Source of the DNA: Chrysomallon squamiferum | Lineage: Eukaryota; Animalia; Mollusca | Assembly: GCA_012295275.1 (NCBI GenBank) | Contig: CM022672.1 | Coordinates: 17,174,001 to 17,238,000, forward strand | Direction of reading: 5' to 3' | Length of the DNA: 64,000 nucleotides | Shown: in pieces, positions 12,723-26,800 of the stretch | How positions within the stretch are numbered: the stretch's first letter is position 1 | Layout of the letters: the number at the start of each line of letters is the position of its first letter | Program-made: the position numbers and the translations under genes | The notes under the pieces: model-generated | The model's input: the letters and a program-made list of their open reading frames with translations, nothing else | Database searches by the model: none | What the model was told of the DNA's origin: nothing

Positions 12723-14892
12723 TCACAGTCATCATCATTGCCTTTTAAACTAAACCAATAATATGTTCCCAGGTGAATATGCTACAAACTAAGTTGTTGA
12801 TACTGTTTAATAAGGTTTCGCTCAAAATGGTAGAAACAGAATTGTACACAAATTAGATGCAGAAGGAACATAAACAAAAGAATACGTACATACAAATACA
12901 TACAATGATGCTTGTAAGTGAACTATTTTAACAGGCTTTTCCATTTTGCAAAAACACAAAATAAGTATAGTACAGTTTTCATTGTTCGTGTTATTCTTGC
13001 CCATAATTAACAATAGTGCATGATGAATTATTACGTAAAAAAATTGATGTAGAAAAACAATGATGGTAACGACACCAGAAATGAACACTAAATATTTTAA
13101 TGTAAAAAAAATAATAACATGAAATCCCAAAATATCTGTGACTTTCATTTCTATTATTTATATACACGTGTTCAGTTTGGCAAAAAATGGTGGCAATCCA
13201 TGATAAACATTTTTTCGTTTTTCTAAATGTAATTTGCATGCTTTCTGTAGAATGACTCGTATATTGATTTTTTTATATATCAACCATTAAATATTAAATA
13301 TTATGTTAGAACTATAATAATTACTAGATCCCTATTACCTCTCTAAAAAGGCAAGACATTTTTCACTGTTTTATAATATGAAGATTTTGTCGACACCGAT
13401 TTAACGATTCTTGGAAATAAGAGAGGAAATGTGTGGCGGAAGGCTATGAAAATGAGCACAGTTAAACATCTGAAACCTGAAAAGCTGGATACCTTAAGAT
13501 TTAAATATGTCAGTACCGGGTACTCATCCAAGACAGTTCTGGACAATCATAATAACTCAATAGCCAAAACACGTGTTTCTGTCTGTATATATGAGTATGC
13601 GTATATATAAGTATGAGAATATATGTTTCTGTGACTTCGTGAATATTTGTACGTATTTTGGTATGTATATGGGTATTATATAACATTGATATATCTCTAT
13701 ATATGTATCTGTATCTGATGTATGTGTGAGTGTAGATATGTGCACGTATATATATATATATATATATATAAATATAAATGCATATGTACATGTGTATAAT
13801 GTGTATGTTACAAATGTGTATTTGTGTGTTTGTATTTATGAGTGTATTCGTTGTATATGTGCATACAGCTGGGTATATTTGTGTCTGTGTAAATACTTCT
13901 CTTTTTCTTTTTTTTCTGTAGATATTTAAATTGATCGCAACAAGCAGATGAAAAAAAAAAAAAAGCATTTGCGTTTTAATATCAATTTTTTATTTCCGTG
14001 TCACTGTGACCAGTTGTTCAGATGAAATAGGACTTTTTCTTTATTTCTTTCTTTATTTATTTATTTCCATACTTTTTCTTTTAAATTAAAATACCTTGTA
14101 TAGAAATCATGAGCGTAACAGCGTACATTTACAGAAAGCAGCGTCCGTAAAATATTATTATTATTCAAACACAAACATGCGCTCACCATGATGGGTAGGG
14201 CGTAAATGGGTAGAAATAAATAAATTGCTGTGCAGCCAAGGAAGATGCAAACGCTGTTTGTTTTGCATTTGAATAGACAAAGCTTAACAAGTACATATAG
14301 TGCTCTTATCAGTTAGTTTAACGTCAGTACGAGTTGGAGTTTATAAAGAAGAATAGGGTTTCATATTTCTTGACTAACTGGTGGGCGAAAAATTGAATTT
14401 AACAAGGTTCAAGTGTTTCAGTTATAACCTTCTAAGCTGATAGTGAAAAATACTGCCATTATGTGCGCGCGGCAGTCCCATGCTAATCGCAGCATTGCTT
14501 GGGATGTGGTTCAGTGGTTAGAATAGTCATTAAAAAAAAAAAAAAAAAGAAGGTATCATTTGTTTGAGTGTTGAGTGTGTCCCTGCTGTAAACCATACAG
14601 TTAATTAAATAAGAAAGTAATCTAATACTACAGCTAATACTAGTGCCCCGCGACTGTCACTTTTAAAGAAATCGCTGTGTGCTTTCCAGTTTATGTGGAT
14701 AACGTGAATAAAAAAATATATACATATAATAATAATATAAAAAAAAATACATGTTAACAATCAACACATTATTGTGCAAAACAAATAAGAATAAATAAAA
14801 TTAATAATTAAAATAAAATAACTATTAATAATAAAATGTGGATTGTTTTACTGTATTTATATATATATATTTATATATAAAAACAACAACAA

Positions 14893-14999
14893 AGTTCTAA
14901 AGGATAACTGGAGTTTTTCCCCTTTGATCGTGAGAATCTATATTGCTCAACCCTTTTTCTTTTTATTTATTTATTTTTTATTATTATTATTATTATTAC

Positions 15000-15086
<87 letters not shown>

Positions 15087-15433
15087 AAGGCATGGTTTTT
15101 TTTTGTTTTATTTTTTTTTTTCTGCTTCAATCTTTATATATATATATATTAAACATGATTGTAAAGAGAAATAACAATGACAACATTTATTAATTAATTG
15201 ATGGCCATACTGATGTCAACAGAATTTGTTGTAACTGGTCGTCAGAGCTAAAATAAATCTACTATATTTGGTGAAGCTGTCTGACAGTAACAATGCTAAT
15301 ACATTTTGTTATTGTTATTATTATTGTCAAATAAAGATGTACTTTTTACAACATTAAAAAAAGGCATTCAATGAAAAAATTATAAATTTTTAGGAAATGT
15401 TGAAGAGTATCCAAAAAAAAAAAAAAAAAAAAA

Positions 15434-15464
<31 letters not shown>

Positions 15465-16401
15465 TAAATAAAATAAATAAATAAATAAAAAATAAATAAA
15501 TAACAAAGATATTGACTTTCAATATTTTCGTAAATCCACAGTCCGAATTTAGGAATGTTTAAGTTTTAGAAAAACTTGTTTCAGTTGAACATGTGATCCA
15601 TCATTCCTAATGAATAAGTCCTTCTTGAATAGGTAATTTTTCTATAATTTTACAGTCCTGCAGACGACAATTCAGAGTTTTCATTTCTGAGGGGTTAACT
15701 TTCCTGGGGCGGGCACTACCGCTTCACTTATACTACTCAGTAAACAATAAATACGAGGGTAATGTGAAAGAAAATAGGTTTAAATCTTGTATTTAAGTAA
15801 TCTGTTAGCGTATTTATTTCTAACATTCAGTATTTATGTTTACCTATTTCCCTATTTCGTTTTGTTTTCGGAATTTCAACTGCTACCAAAAGGGAAAGCT
15901 ACAGACTATTTCATTTCTAGTCCTAAAGGATAATTGGAGTTGCTCCCCTTCAATCGCGAGACGCACAACAAAATTATTGAACGTAATCTGACACATTTTG
16001 TTCATTTTGTTTGTTATTGTTCATTTTTTCTTATCTTCTTCTACTAAATTTTTTTTCCCCTTTGACCATGAGAATCAATATTGCTTTATTTCCTCCCGTT
16101 TTATTATTGTTCATTTTTTATGTATTTCATTAATGTTATCGATATATAATGCACAAATCTAAAGAAATGTGCCAAAAAAGCCCATACTGTATTAAAGTTT
16201 CTGGCACCAACTGCTGGAACAAATTTAAAGGCAAACAGACAGAAATACAGTACTAGTTCAGACTATTTCATTTCTAGTCCTTAAAAACATAACTGGAGTT
16301 TTTGCCCTGTACATCATGAGACTGAATATTGCTCGCCCCTTTTTCTTTTATTTCTTTATTTATTATTTGTTTTATGACGTTATGACGCTCGCCTTATTAT
16401 T

Positions 16402-16458
<57 letters not shown>

Positions 16459-16580
16459 GTTGTTGTTGTTGTTGTTGTTGTTATTATTAGGCCTGTTTTT
16501 TGTTTTTTTTTTGTTTTTTTCTGCTTCAATCTTTTTTAAAGACTATATATATGTATGTACTGATTATGAAAATAATTTTA
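14893..16580 (+). repeat. Local cluster of four related repeat units, two of which carry the same (TTA)n(TTG)n array
   Basis: GGATAA(C/T)TGGAGTT...CCCT...GAGA..TATTGCT core at about 14893-14950, 15902-15960, 16050-16085 (partial) and 16259-16335. The first and last copies both continue through (TTA)n(TTG)n to TTCTGCTTCAATCTTT. Confidence 0.75.
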
Positions 16581-18697
16581 ATATATATATTCTTATTGAT
16601 ATTTAGTTATATTGATATAATTATATACAATATAGTCAGTTTTAATAATTATTGTTTAGATAAAAATGTATTAGTTTGTTCTATGATCAAAATAACATTC
16701 CTAAAATAATCAAATATCTTGAGTGATTTTTTTTAAACTATTTAAAATGACATTAAAGACTAATATATTTTAGAGATTTTCTTTTCTTTTAAATCATAAT
16801 AAATAAGGAAAAGAAATAAATTACTTATGTAACAATATTTTAGTTTTAATCCATATAAATATACATATTTTGAAAACGACTTTTGGAAGAAGGAAATCCG
16901 TAACCCACCTCATTCATGCTGGATGAATGACTGTAAAGATCTTTATGTAAACACCTTCGTATAAACAATAAAATATATGGTCATTACTTTTTAATATACA
17001 TCGACCGTGATACGAGAACCAGTAGATGAGCTCCATGATCCTATGATTTCTGATTTTTTGACCCATCGCTTTGCTAATTAAGCTGCAGGCGCCGTATTTG
17101 TCCACCATGCAGAATAATAAAACTTCATTTGTTAAATATTCTTCAGATAAAAATACATTAATGAAGATTTAACAGTATAGCTATGATGGCGTTTCTTAGA
17201 CTAATCATCTTAGTACAGTTCTGTGGATACGGAAAGGGAAACAATGTTTTCTAAAGCTGAATCTTGCAGATTCCGTTTAAAAATATACTTTTAATAATAA
17301 TCCTATTTTGTGTGTGTGTGTGTGTGTGCGTGTGCGTGTCTATTTTTGTCTGGGTGTGTGTGTGTATGTGTGTTAGGGTTGGTAATTCTCTGTATTATTA
17401 TCATCCACGTTTAATTTTCTAGAACTATCAGCTTTCTTTTTTCTTTTCTTTTTTTTCCCTTTACTTTTTCGCTTTTCCCCTCAACTTTCTTAAGAAATTG
17501 CATTTGCACGAATTTAATTTAAAAGGTTTTAGTTTACAGCCATATCAGTCTTTTGTTTTCATTGCCCCAAATTGTACTTGGTGATCATGTGCGACAGTTA
17601 TGACAGAAATATATGATCAAGTCGAGAAAGAAAAAAAAAAGAAAAGATGGAATTAATGCGATAACTGGTTTGAGTTTATTAAATCAGGTTCATAAATAAG
17701 TGAAAGATATTTTATATTGAAAAAAAAATTAATGCAAAAAAAATGAAACTTTAGAAACTGATAATTTTATTGAAAAAAACTATACTTTTAAGAAATTCAT
17801 TAGCATTTCATTGTGTAATAAACTTTAATAAAACAAAAATTTGAATGATAAATATTTAGTTACATTTTTTGAAATTTGACGCTTGTCTAACACACAGAAT
17901 GATTTAAATACGATTAAAACATTTTTATCGTTTTATAAAGGCAGTTCTTTACAAAACGTCAAAATACAATAAATCCTAAAAGTAATGAAAATAGGAATAG
18001 TCATAACTTGCTGGCTAAATTCAGTTAAAATTGAACACAAAAAAAAAAAAAAACTACTTCCAAATTGCCGGCTTTAATATCAAGAAGAATTTTCCTGAGA
18101 ATTAATTAAAGAAAGGAACAGAAACAATATACCTGTAATCCAATATTGCATCTTCATGACGTGATATATATAAAATTAAAGATCACACATAATAATTCAT
18201 GGTTATGGTTATGTGTGTGTATTTGTGTCTGTGTGTTTCTTTTCTGTGTGAGCATGTATGATTGCATGATGTACATACGTACACATACATACATATATGC
18301 ATACATACATACATATCTACATACATACATACATACATACATACATAATTTCATAAGAAATTTCGTATGTTTGAATACTTATATACTGCTTATCTGTGAT
18401 TCACAGAACATATTATTTCTTATCTCTTGCTGAATAAAAAAAAATAATAATAATAATTCATATATTATAAGTATAAATATTCTTAAACTGTTTAGTATGC
18501 CCATAGTTACCTAAATACCTCTAATCTCATTCTCTCTGTCTATCTATCTAATTATCTTATTCACACATACAAAGAACGAGAGATACAAGTCCTGCGTACA
18601 CAAAAATGTCATAATAGATATTCTCAAAAGAGCAACAAACATCGTCACAAAAAGCCTACCGTAAAACCATTTCTAAAAATACACACGAAATATAACA

Positions 18698-18717
18698 TGT
18701 ATATATATATGTATATG

Positions 18718-18766
<49 letters not shown>
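18698..18766. repeat. (TA)n/(TATATG)n microsatellite
   Basis: Direct reading. Confidence 0.9.
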
Positions 18767-18769
<3 letters not shown>

Positions 18770-19709
18770 AAAGATTTGTACTCATGCAGTTACAGATATG
18801 AATTATTGCTTCTAGTACTGCAGCATTTTGAGTAACCAGCTAAGAAATTAATAAACACACGATCATTTTATTTCAGTCTTATTGCAAAGATGTGGGATTG
18901 TTTGCGCGCATGCGTCTGTGTGCATGTGTGTGCATATGTTTGCACACATGTGTTCGTATTTCTTTTTTTTTCTTAATATCAAGACCCATCTGTTTATATT
19001 AGTTAAAATATTTTTTTAATTCGGCACTTCCCTCTGCATAATACAGCTCATAAAAATACGGATATCATTTCGCTTTCATTAGCGGGCGCTCGGTTTTCGA
19101 AACGGCGTTCACATAGTCTAACAGAGTTCTCGGCTGGTGCAGCTGCACTCAGCCCGTTGCTCTTATCGATTCAGAAAAACGCGGTGAATAAATTAAAGAG
19201 GGGTCCACTGTTGACGTTCACCACTTGGCCTTGTCGTAACGGATTGCCGGTCGGCGGCAAACATAAAATTCTAACATTTGGATCCATTCCAAGGGCGTTA
19301 GATATCAATATATGTCATGCACACACGCAAATGTTTGCACACGCGTTTCACTGGCATAGAAAAGAAATTGCCCCAAGAATGGTATGTAGTATATATATGT
19401 TAACAAATCATCTGCATATTTTTTGTTTACACTGCTATGAACTTTTTTTTTTTTTTTCGTTGTTTTGTTTTTTTATAACTGGCAAAAGTAGACAAGTTTT
19501 TAATTACGTGTATTAAAAATGTATTAATCATAAGTTCTGTACTATTTATATTTATGAATAGATAGAAGACAGCTATGCAGTCAGATAGCTATATAGGTAA
19601 ACAGGCAGATGTATAAATAAAAAGAAATACTGACGTTAATTATAAATAGATATGTAGTAAAATATATATATAGAACAAGTGTTTAAAAAGCTATATATAT
19701 ATATATATA

Positions 19710-19756
<47 letters not shown>

Positions 19757-21345
19757 CAAGTTTTTAAAAAGCTGCAGTTATAAACAAAAAAGGCCGCATT
19801 AAAATATTATGCTTTATTTATATTTACGATTACGTGCATTGGATATTCAGAATCAAATAATTTAGTGAGAAAACAAACTGTAATTTATATATTCATTTTT
19901 AATACATGAACTAATGTTATCCTAATCACGTAGAAATGTTAACATTTATTTAATGACACACATTAAAATATTTTTAGTACTGGCGGTATTATCAGTAATA
20001 ATAATAATAATAATAATAGAATACTGTATGAGAATAATATGTTAATAATAAAACTAATAATCTTTATAATGATAATAAAATTAACATTTCATTATTCGAT
20101 TTGATTTATTTGCATATGATTGACATGACATCGTTAAAATTCAGACTATTTTCAGACGTTCTTTCTTTCTTTCTTTTTTCTTTTCTTCTTTTTATAAATC
20201 ATGGGTATTTTGTTTACCTTTATATGAATTTCTGTATAATCAGGAATTGTATACTAGTTTATAATTACATGTATTAAAAATATATTACTCAAGAAAACTG
20301 TTACCACGGATATTTCTGTACAGACAAACTATTTAGGCAGAAGCAGATGGGTAGGCCTAAGTAGACCGAAAATTAGATAATAATTATAATAATAACAATG
20401 CCTGTAATATAATATAATATGTTAATAATAAAATTGATGACGATGATGATGATAAAAATTAAGATTTCATTATTCGAATTATTTGTGTCAATTTATGCCC
20501 CTAAATCGTCTTGACTGACTTTGCCGTATTAAAATTATTTTTAAGGTTTTTCTTCTTCTTCTTCCTTATTTTTTTTATTTTTTATTTTTTCTCTCCGGTT
20601 GTTTAATGGATAAGTGTCAGTAAAAACTTTATAATATGTAATAAAGAAAAAGAAAAACCAGTAATTATTTTAGGAAAACGTCTGATGAAGGCCAGATATT
20701 GTGAGTCATTCTGAAATGCTAACATGCTATGAAAACAAGGATTTTATTTTGGAGGGAAGGGTGGCTGCTAGTTGTTTCTTCCCCCTCCCCATCCACTCCT
20801 TATTAATACTGGAAGTACAACAACAAGTAAATTTGTTGTTTGTTTATTTCTTTTAGCGGTTTTTTTTTTTTTTTTTTTTTTTTTGTTTAATGTAGTTACT
20901 TCATCGCGTATGGTAACATTGCAAAAATGGCAGCGTCAAAATATTTTACAACAGTAATATTGTATTGCCGTATTTTATTATTAATAATGACAGAATAATA
21001 AATATATAAATAAATAAATAATTAATAATAATAATAAATAATAATAATAATAATAATAATTAATAATAATAATAATAATAATTTGGAAGTATAAGGATTA
21101 TTTTTAGATAATTCATCTCAGCAATTTATTTCAATAGAATTAACAAGACAGTTCAGTACTTAAAGGTTATTAGATTATGTTTCCTTATATAAGAGAAAAG
21201 ATATCCGTAGATATATTTTATTTTTATTATATTTTTATTTTTTATTATTACTGTTGTGTTTGTTGTTATTGTTGATGATGATGCTGGTGTTGTTACTTTC
21301 TCTTTCATTCTCGTCTCTATTTATATATCCATCTATCTAGCGAAT

Positions 21346-21347
<2 letters not shown>

Positions 21348-21422
<75 letters not shown>
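21348..21422. repeat. (CT)n microsatellite
   Basis: Direct reading. Confidence 0.95.
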
Positions 21423-21424
<2 letters not shown>

Positions 21425-22073
21425 CTCATATTAAATGGCTGTTCACCACGCACTGTTGTAGACAGAACCTCATGTTATAACTGAAATCACGTGAGTTTTA
21501 CCTCATCTCAAAGAAAAACATGAAGGAATAAGAGCTGATTCTCTGCTGGGTTTCGTTCAGTGTTGATAATGGTAGGTCAGCATTACCTTAGTAAATTCTC
21601 TTGCGTTTTCCTGTTTTCTTCTCTTCCTTTATTATTTTTCTTTCGCACGATTTTTATTTTTGTGTTTTTTCGCTTTCTTTCGGTATATAATTTTTTCTTT
21701 CTTTCTTTTTTCTTTATTTCTGTCTTTATAGTTAGTATTATTTTGCTGTTATTGTTTTGATTTTAAATTGTAGGGTTTGTTTGTTTTGTTTTTGTCTATT
21801 TATTATTTTATTTTATTTTATTTTTTTTTTTTTATTTTTTTTTTTTTTTTGATTTTGATTTTGATTTGATTTGATTTGATATGATTTTAGTTTAGTTTAA
21901 TTTTTTTTGAGGGGGGCTTTTGTTGGTGTTGTTAATGTTGTTTTTTGGGCAGTTTTTTGTTTGCTTGTTTTTTGTTTTGTTTGTTTGTTGTTGTTTTTTT
22001 GAGTGTATATAAATTGTGTATTAACATTATTGACATTATGAAGGTAGAAATGCCGATTTTATTGTTTATAAGA

Positions 22074-22074
<1 letters not shown>

Positions 22075-22121
<47 letters not shown>
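22075..22121. repeat. (TG)n microsatellite
   Basis: Direct reading. Confidence 0.95.
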
Positions 22122-22122
<1 letters not shown>

Positions 22123-22619
22123 GATTGGAATAACTACTTATTGTCTTAAGATATCAGCTGCAGAGGTAAGAATGCAGGATAAAGCTGATATCTAAAGGAC
22201 TAATGAAAACTATTTTCAAAACGGTTTTTTTAAAATCTAAAACAACAATGAAACACTAAAGAAGTAATTTTTAACAGTATATAGATTAATAAATAAGTAG
22301 TGGTGAACTTGTCGATTTAAACAATTAACGATCTAGTGAATTTGATTAAATAAATAAATTATTAAATTTAAATATTTTTTTCTAATAACTAAATAAATAA
22401 AAAGAAAATATCAAAATAAGCATGAAATGACATAAAAAGCATCTCATTTTTCTCCACCTCCTCACTGTAGATCCTGTTATTAGTTGAAACATAATTAGGT
22501 AATCTATCAATTCAGACATTATTATTTCTATTTTTATAATAATAACAATAATAATAACTACATATTACATCGTTCTTCAAATTCTTATTCAATCGGTAAT
22601 AATTATTTTGTTTTGAACT

Positions 22620-22820
22620 ACAAACACTGACCCGGATCATTTTTTTCAGCATGTTAAGATGTACTTTTAGATTGCCCGACTATTTATGTATTATCAAACA
22701 ACCTTGTCGATAAGGGGGTCAATTTACTGGTTACTCGGTCAATTTATTCTATCAATAAGCTTTTCGTAACAAATCCAATGAAATCAGTTAATTTATTTCT
22801 GTCGTCCAAAATGGCCGACG
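22620..22820 (+). promoter_or_regulatory. Probable TATA-less promoter and 5'UTR of the nuclear receptor
   Basis: Local CpG retention. CCAAT at about 22776. The ATG sits inside a YY1-type CAAAATGGCCG. GGTCAATTTA occurs at 22717 and 22737. Confidence 0.5.
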
Positions 22821-23320
22821 AAGTGGAGGTGAGTGTTATTGGCATTTGTTTCAGCAGTTATTGAAATCATTTAAAAGATACACTTCATAATTTGTTGACG
22901 ACATTTTATATATTCAGTCTCTATTTCGAATGTTTATCGTTTTTGTGGATATTTTGTTTTAAAAAGTTAGAGTTATGGCCCTGTTTGGAAGGCAGTGAAT
23001 AATTGTGTCACACCTTTCAGCTGGTTTACTGGATAATCTGTGTATTGTGACATGTCAGTACTATTCATTATCTGTTGATACAGGTTGTTTACAGAATGCA
23101 GGCATGTTGCTAAGTTACATACCAGTTTCTAAATAACGATGAATTTATTTGTTATAGTAAATTATTTTTCATAAATCAAAATCAGAAAATGGGACTTACG
23201 ACGCCCAGTAAATAATCGGGTCAAGGAGATGTTTTTTACTTTTTGGCAGTTATTAGTTGTTTACTTTTTAAATATCTTTTATTCATTTAATTTTTTTAAA
23301 TTTTATTATTATTATTAAAA

Positions 23321-23358
<38 letters not shown>

Positions 23359-23792
23359 GTTTTTATTTTACATTAATTAGGCCTATATTTCATTTTAACT
23401 TTTTAGTCTGTTTATTATATTTTTTTATTTTTTTTTTTTTTTTTTTATATTAATATTTTTATTTTGTGCCTGCTTTAAAATTGCTTTCACCCTAAATTTT
23501 TATGTAACTTGATGTTTTGTTTAGTAAGATTTTTGGTTTTTGTTTATTTGTTTTGGGGCGGCTGTTTTTTTTTTCGGTGGTGGTGTTTTTTTGATGTTTT
23601 TGTTGTTTTCTTAAAATGTAAATTTGTTGTATATATATATATATATAGTAGAATGGTGCAGTGGGTATTGATTAGAGGTCTAGGATGCAGTTTTCGGCAA
23701 AAGTGTCGGGAACAAAACAATACATTTGCCTTACTATGGCTGGAGGACTGTTGTTTTGATTTGATTTGATTGATTGATTGAATTATTATTCC

Positions 23793-23839
<47 letters not shown>

Positions 23840-26800
23840 AAAATTGTTAAGTAATATAAGAACTGATTATAAATTAAAAACCCATCCTAAATAATTAACT
23901 AATATTTTAGAATATTAACAAAACATTGACAGTAACTAGAATAAAATAAAAACATCTTCCAAAAAACTAATTACAGTACCATTACCCACACAAACATACA
24001 CACACATTTATTATTTTTGTAAAAGAAAAGTTTATTTCTAAGCTTTATGGGAAACGATACAATAAAACTAAGAAATTTGCAAGCTTCTGATTCATTATTT
24101 CAAAAAATGAATGTTTATTTTTTTATTTTTTTAATATATATATATATATATCTTTCTGGAATGCTAAATATTTTATCATTATTTAAACAGAAATTATTTT
24201 CTTTAATGACATTTTACCATGCAGTTGGGTTGTTTCCTAATTAATGTTACAGGCATAATACATTTAAAATGTATCTTTCCAGACAATAAAAGAAAAAAGT
24301 CAACATAAATAGAAAATTTAAATGAGTTAATAATATTAGTGAATTGAATATGTTCGTTTACAGTTAATATGTCTAAACATATCAATAAATGGACCCACAT
24401 ACATTATGTATGTATAAATGATAGGGTAAGTGTCATAGTAACAGTAATTCTTTATTTTACATAATAGTTTTCTTTTTCATTTTTTTTTTTTTTTTTTTTT
24501 CATTTTTTGATAAGATTATTGCTTCATATTGTTTCCATATAATTTAAATAATTAAATAAATTGTTAATGTAATATTCAGGGAAAATATTATTTTTTGACT
24601 AAGTTATAAGGTCAACCTGGTTATTATTATTTAAAAAAAAAAAAAAAAAAAAAAAAAGTGTTATTTCTATGTTAACATATATTAACATTAAAGGGTGATG
24701 GGAACAGACAGTTTAATTTTATTTTGCATACTTCCAAATTGTATTGGTGTTTATCTTGTAAAGATTTTTTATTCATTTAGTTTTTAATTTTTAAAATCAT
24801 TTTTATTGTTTTACTTATTTATTTCATTTTTTATTTTGAAAATGAAAAGTTTACCTTTACTGATAGAAGTATTAAATCTCTAGTTTAGTCCTGGTAATAA
24901 ACCAAAGGTATTTTTCAAAACGACAAAATTAATAAATAAAATGTCAGCATCTAACATTTCTAGATTCGTATATTGTCAATCTAGGTATCAGTTTTGTAAA
25001 TCAATTTTTAATGAAAATAAATTTCTATGTTTTAAAATTTTTAAAATTAGTTAAATATTTAATTTTAATTCAATATAGTGATAGCTATTGATAGTGTAAA
25101 ATTCTATTAAGTTGTATCAAAATGCTAATCAGCAGAATATTCATCAACACTTTGTAAAGAGGAGTTGTATAACAGAATTCATTGCTTGGTACTTTAGACA
25201 AAGTGGACCAATGAAACATCAACTGACACAAAGTCTCAGAGTGACATTTCTTTATTTAGACCAAGTTTCGTTAACATGGAATAATATCAAGTGTTACATT
25301 ACAGTCTAGGTAGTAGAAAGGACATTAAGAAAATAATGCTTAAAATATTGTCTGACCCATAACTTGTTTTAATAAGTATGTTTTCTAACGGTGGGGAAAA
25401 AAAAAGCTAGTTATCATTTCACCAAGCAGTAGAAAATAGTTGCCTGGTATTGATCATGTGTGTCTTCGTGCTTTAAGTAAATACTGTACCACTGTGTTAC
25501 AACAAACTTTTTTCAGCATGAATTTAAAATATGCTTTTTTTTTTCTTCAACATTTGACTGATGTCAAATTTTACTGTATAAACTTCCATAGTGGGAGATA
25601 AAAGTTTAATATGATTACATAATATTATCTACTGAATAACGTTTTTATTTCCTCCCACATATTAATATTACTTTTTACCTGAAATTTTGTGTTATAAGTG
25701 CACGTTATTTCCATAGACAGAGGATACATTATTACTGTCTTTGATAAATCATTGAAAATAGTGGCTGTGTGGGAAGTGGAACAGGGTGTTTTACTTGTGC
25801 ACAAGTGTCATACAAACATCATGTTTAATGTTCGTGTTTTTGTTTCCCAGGACATTACTACTAGCAACAAGAGTTCAATGTCCGAACTCACCTTGCTGGA
25901 GTCCACTTCGGTCAGCTCTGCTGAGCAGTCGTATCCTGAAGAAAGTCCAGATCCCATGAGGAAGCGTCTGAAACTAAAAGATGAGAAAATCTGTGGTGTT
26001 TGTGGAGACAAAGCTCTGGGTTATAATTTCAATGCTATCACTTGTGAATCATGCAAAGCATTTTTCAGAAGGAACGCATTAAAGCAGAAGGTAATATTCT
26101 TTCCTTTTTCCCCATTTTTTTCCTTTTTTTCAAAATATTTTTTTAATCTCTTGAAGTTGGAAGGAATGTGATATATAGACCAAATATATTTTTTGTTTTG
26201 TTTTTCTAACTGATGAAATGTTACTTAATTTGCAGCAGAGTATTATTTCAAAACATCATTAATATTTGTAAACTTGTATTTTCTATGTTGTAAATTAATT
26301 GCCATATCTGATATACCTTAAACATTTTGTATTATATATAACCAAAGTCATTAGTTTGCATAAAAAATGCCATCATATATGTTACTTAATGGTTTTCTGA
26401 AGCTGACAACCATAGTATAAAATTTTACATTTGTTAACTGGGTTTGTATTTGTATTGGGCTTTCTTGAAATTGTATCAATATACTATGTATTTGAATTAT
26501 ATGATTTCATGTAACAAGCTGAACATTTCTTTACAATGGATTCATTCAGATATGTATAAAAATCTATATTTTTACCTAATTATATGTTTATATTTTTTTT
26601 GAATTTAAATAATATGTATCACATATCAGTCTTTCAATTTACATTTCAATGCATATGTGTTTATGAATGCTTTTGAAGGTAGGAATAAATTGAACTGAAA
26701 CATCTGTTTAAAATTTTTGCATATAACTCTCTACAATATTGAGATTTTTATACTTCAGAACATGAAATGTCTCTTTTCTGGCGATTGCGTTATTGATACA

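Noticed and set aside
14497-14550. tRNA-like GGGATGTGGTTCAGTGGTTAGAAT
   Set aside because: Only an A-box-like 5' fragment followed by poly-A, with no cloverleaf or B-box; a decayed SINE head at most.
15752-15780. Mariner-like TIR start TACGAGGG
   Set aside because: No matching inverted partner or transposase sequence was found.
7436-24400. Many poly-L/Y/I, SLSL, HTYI and F-rich ORFs
   Set aside because: Translations of microsatellites and T-rich tracts.
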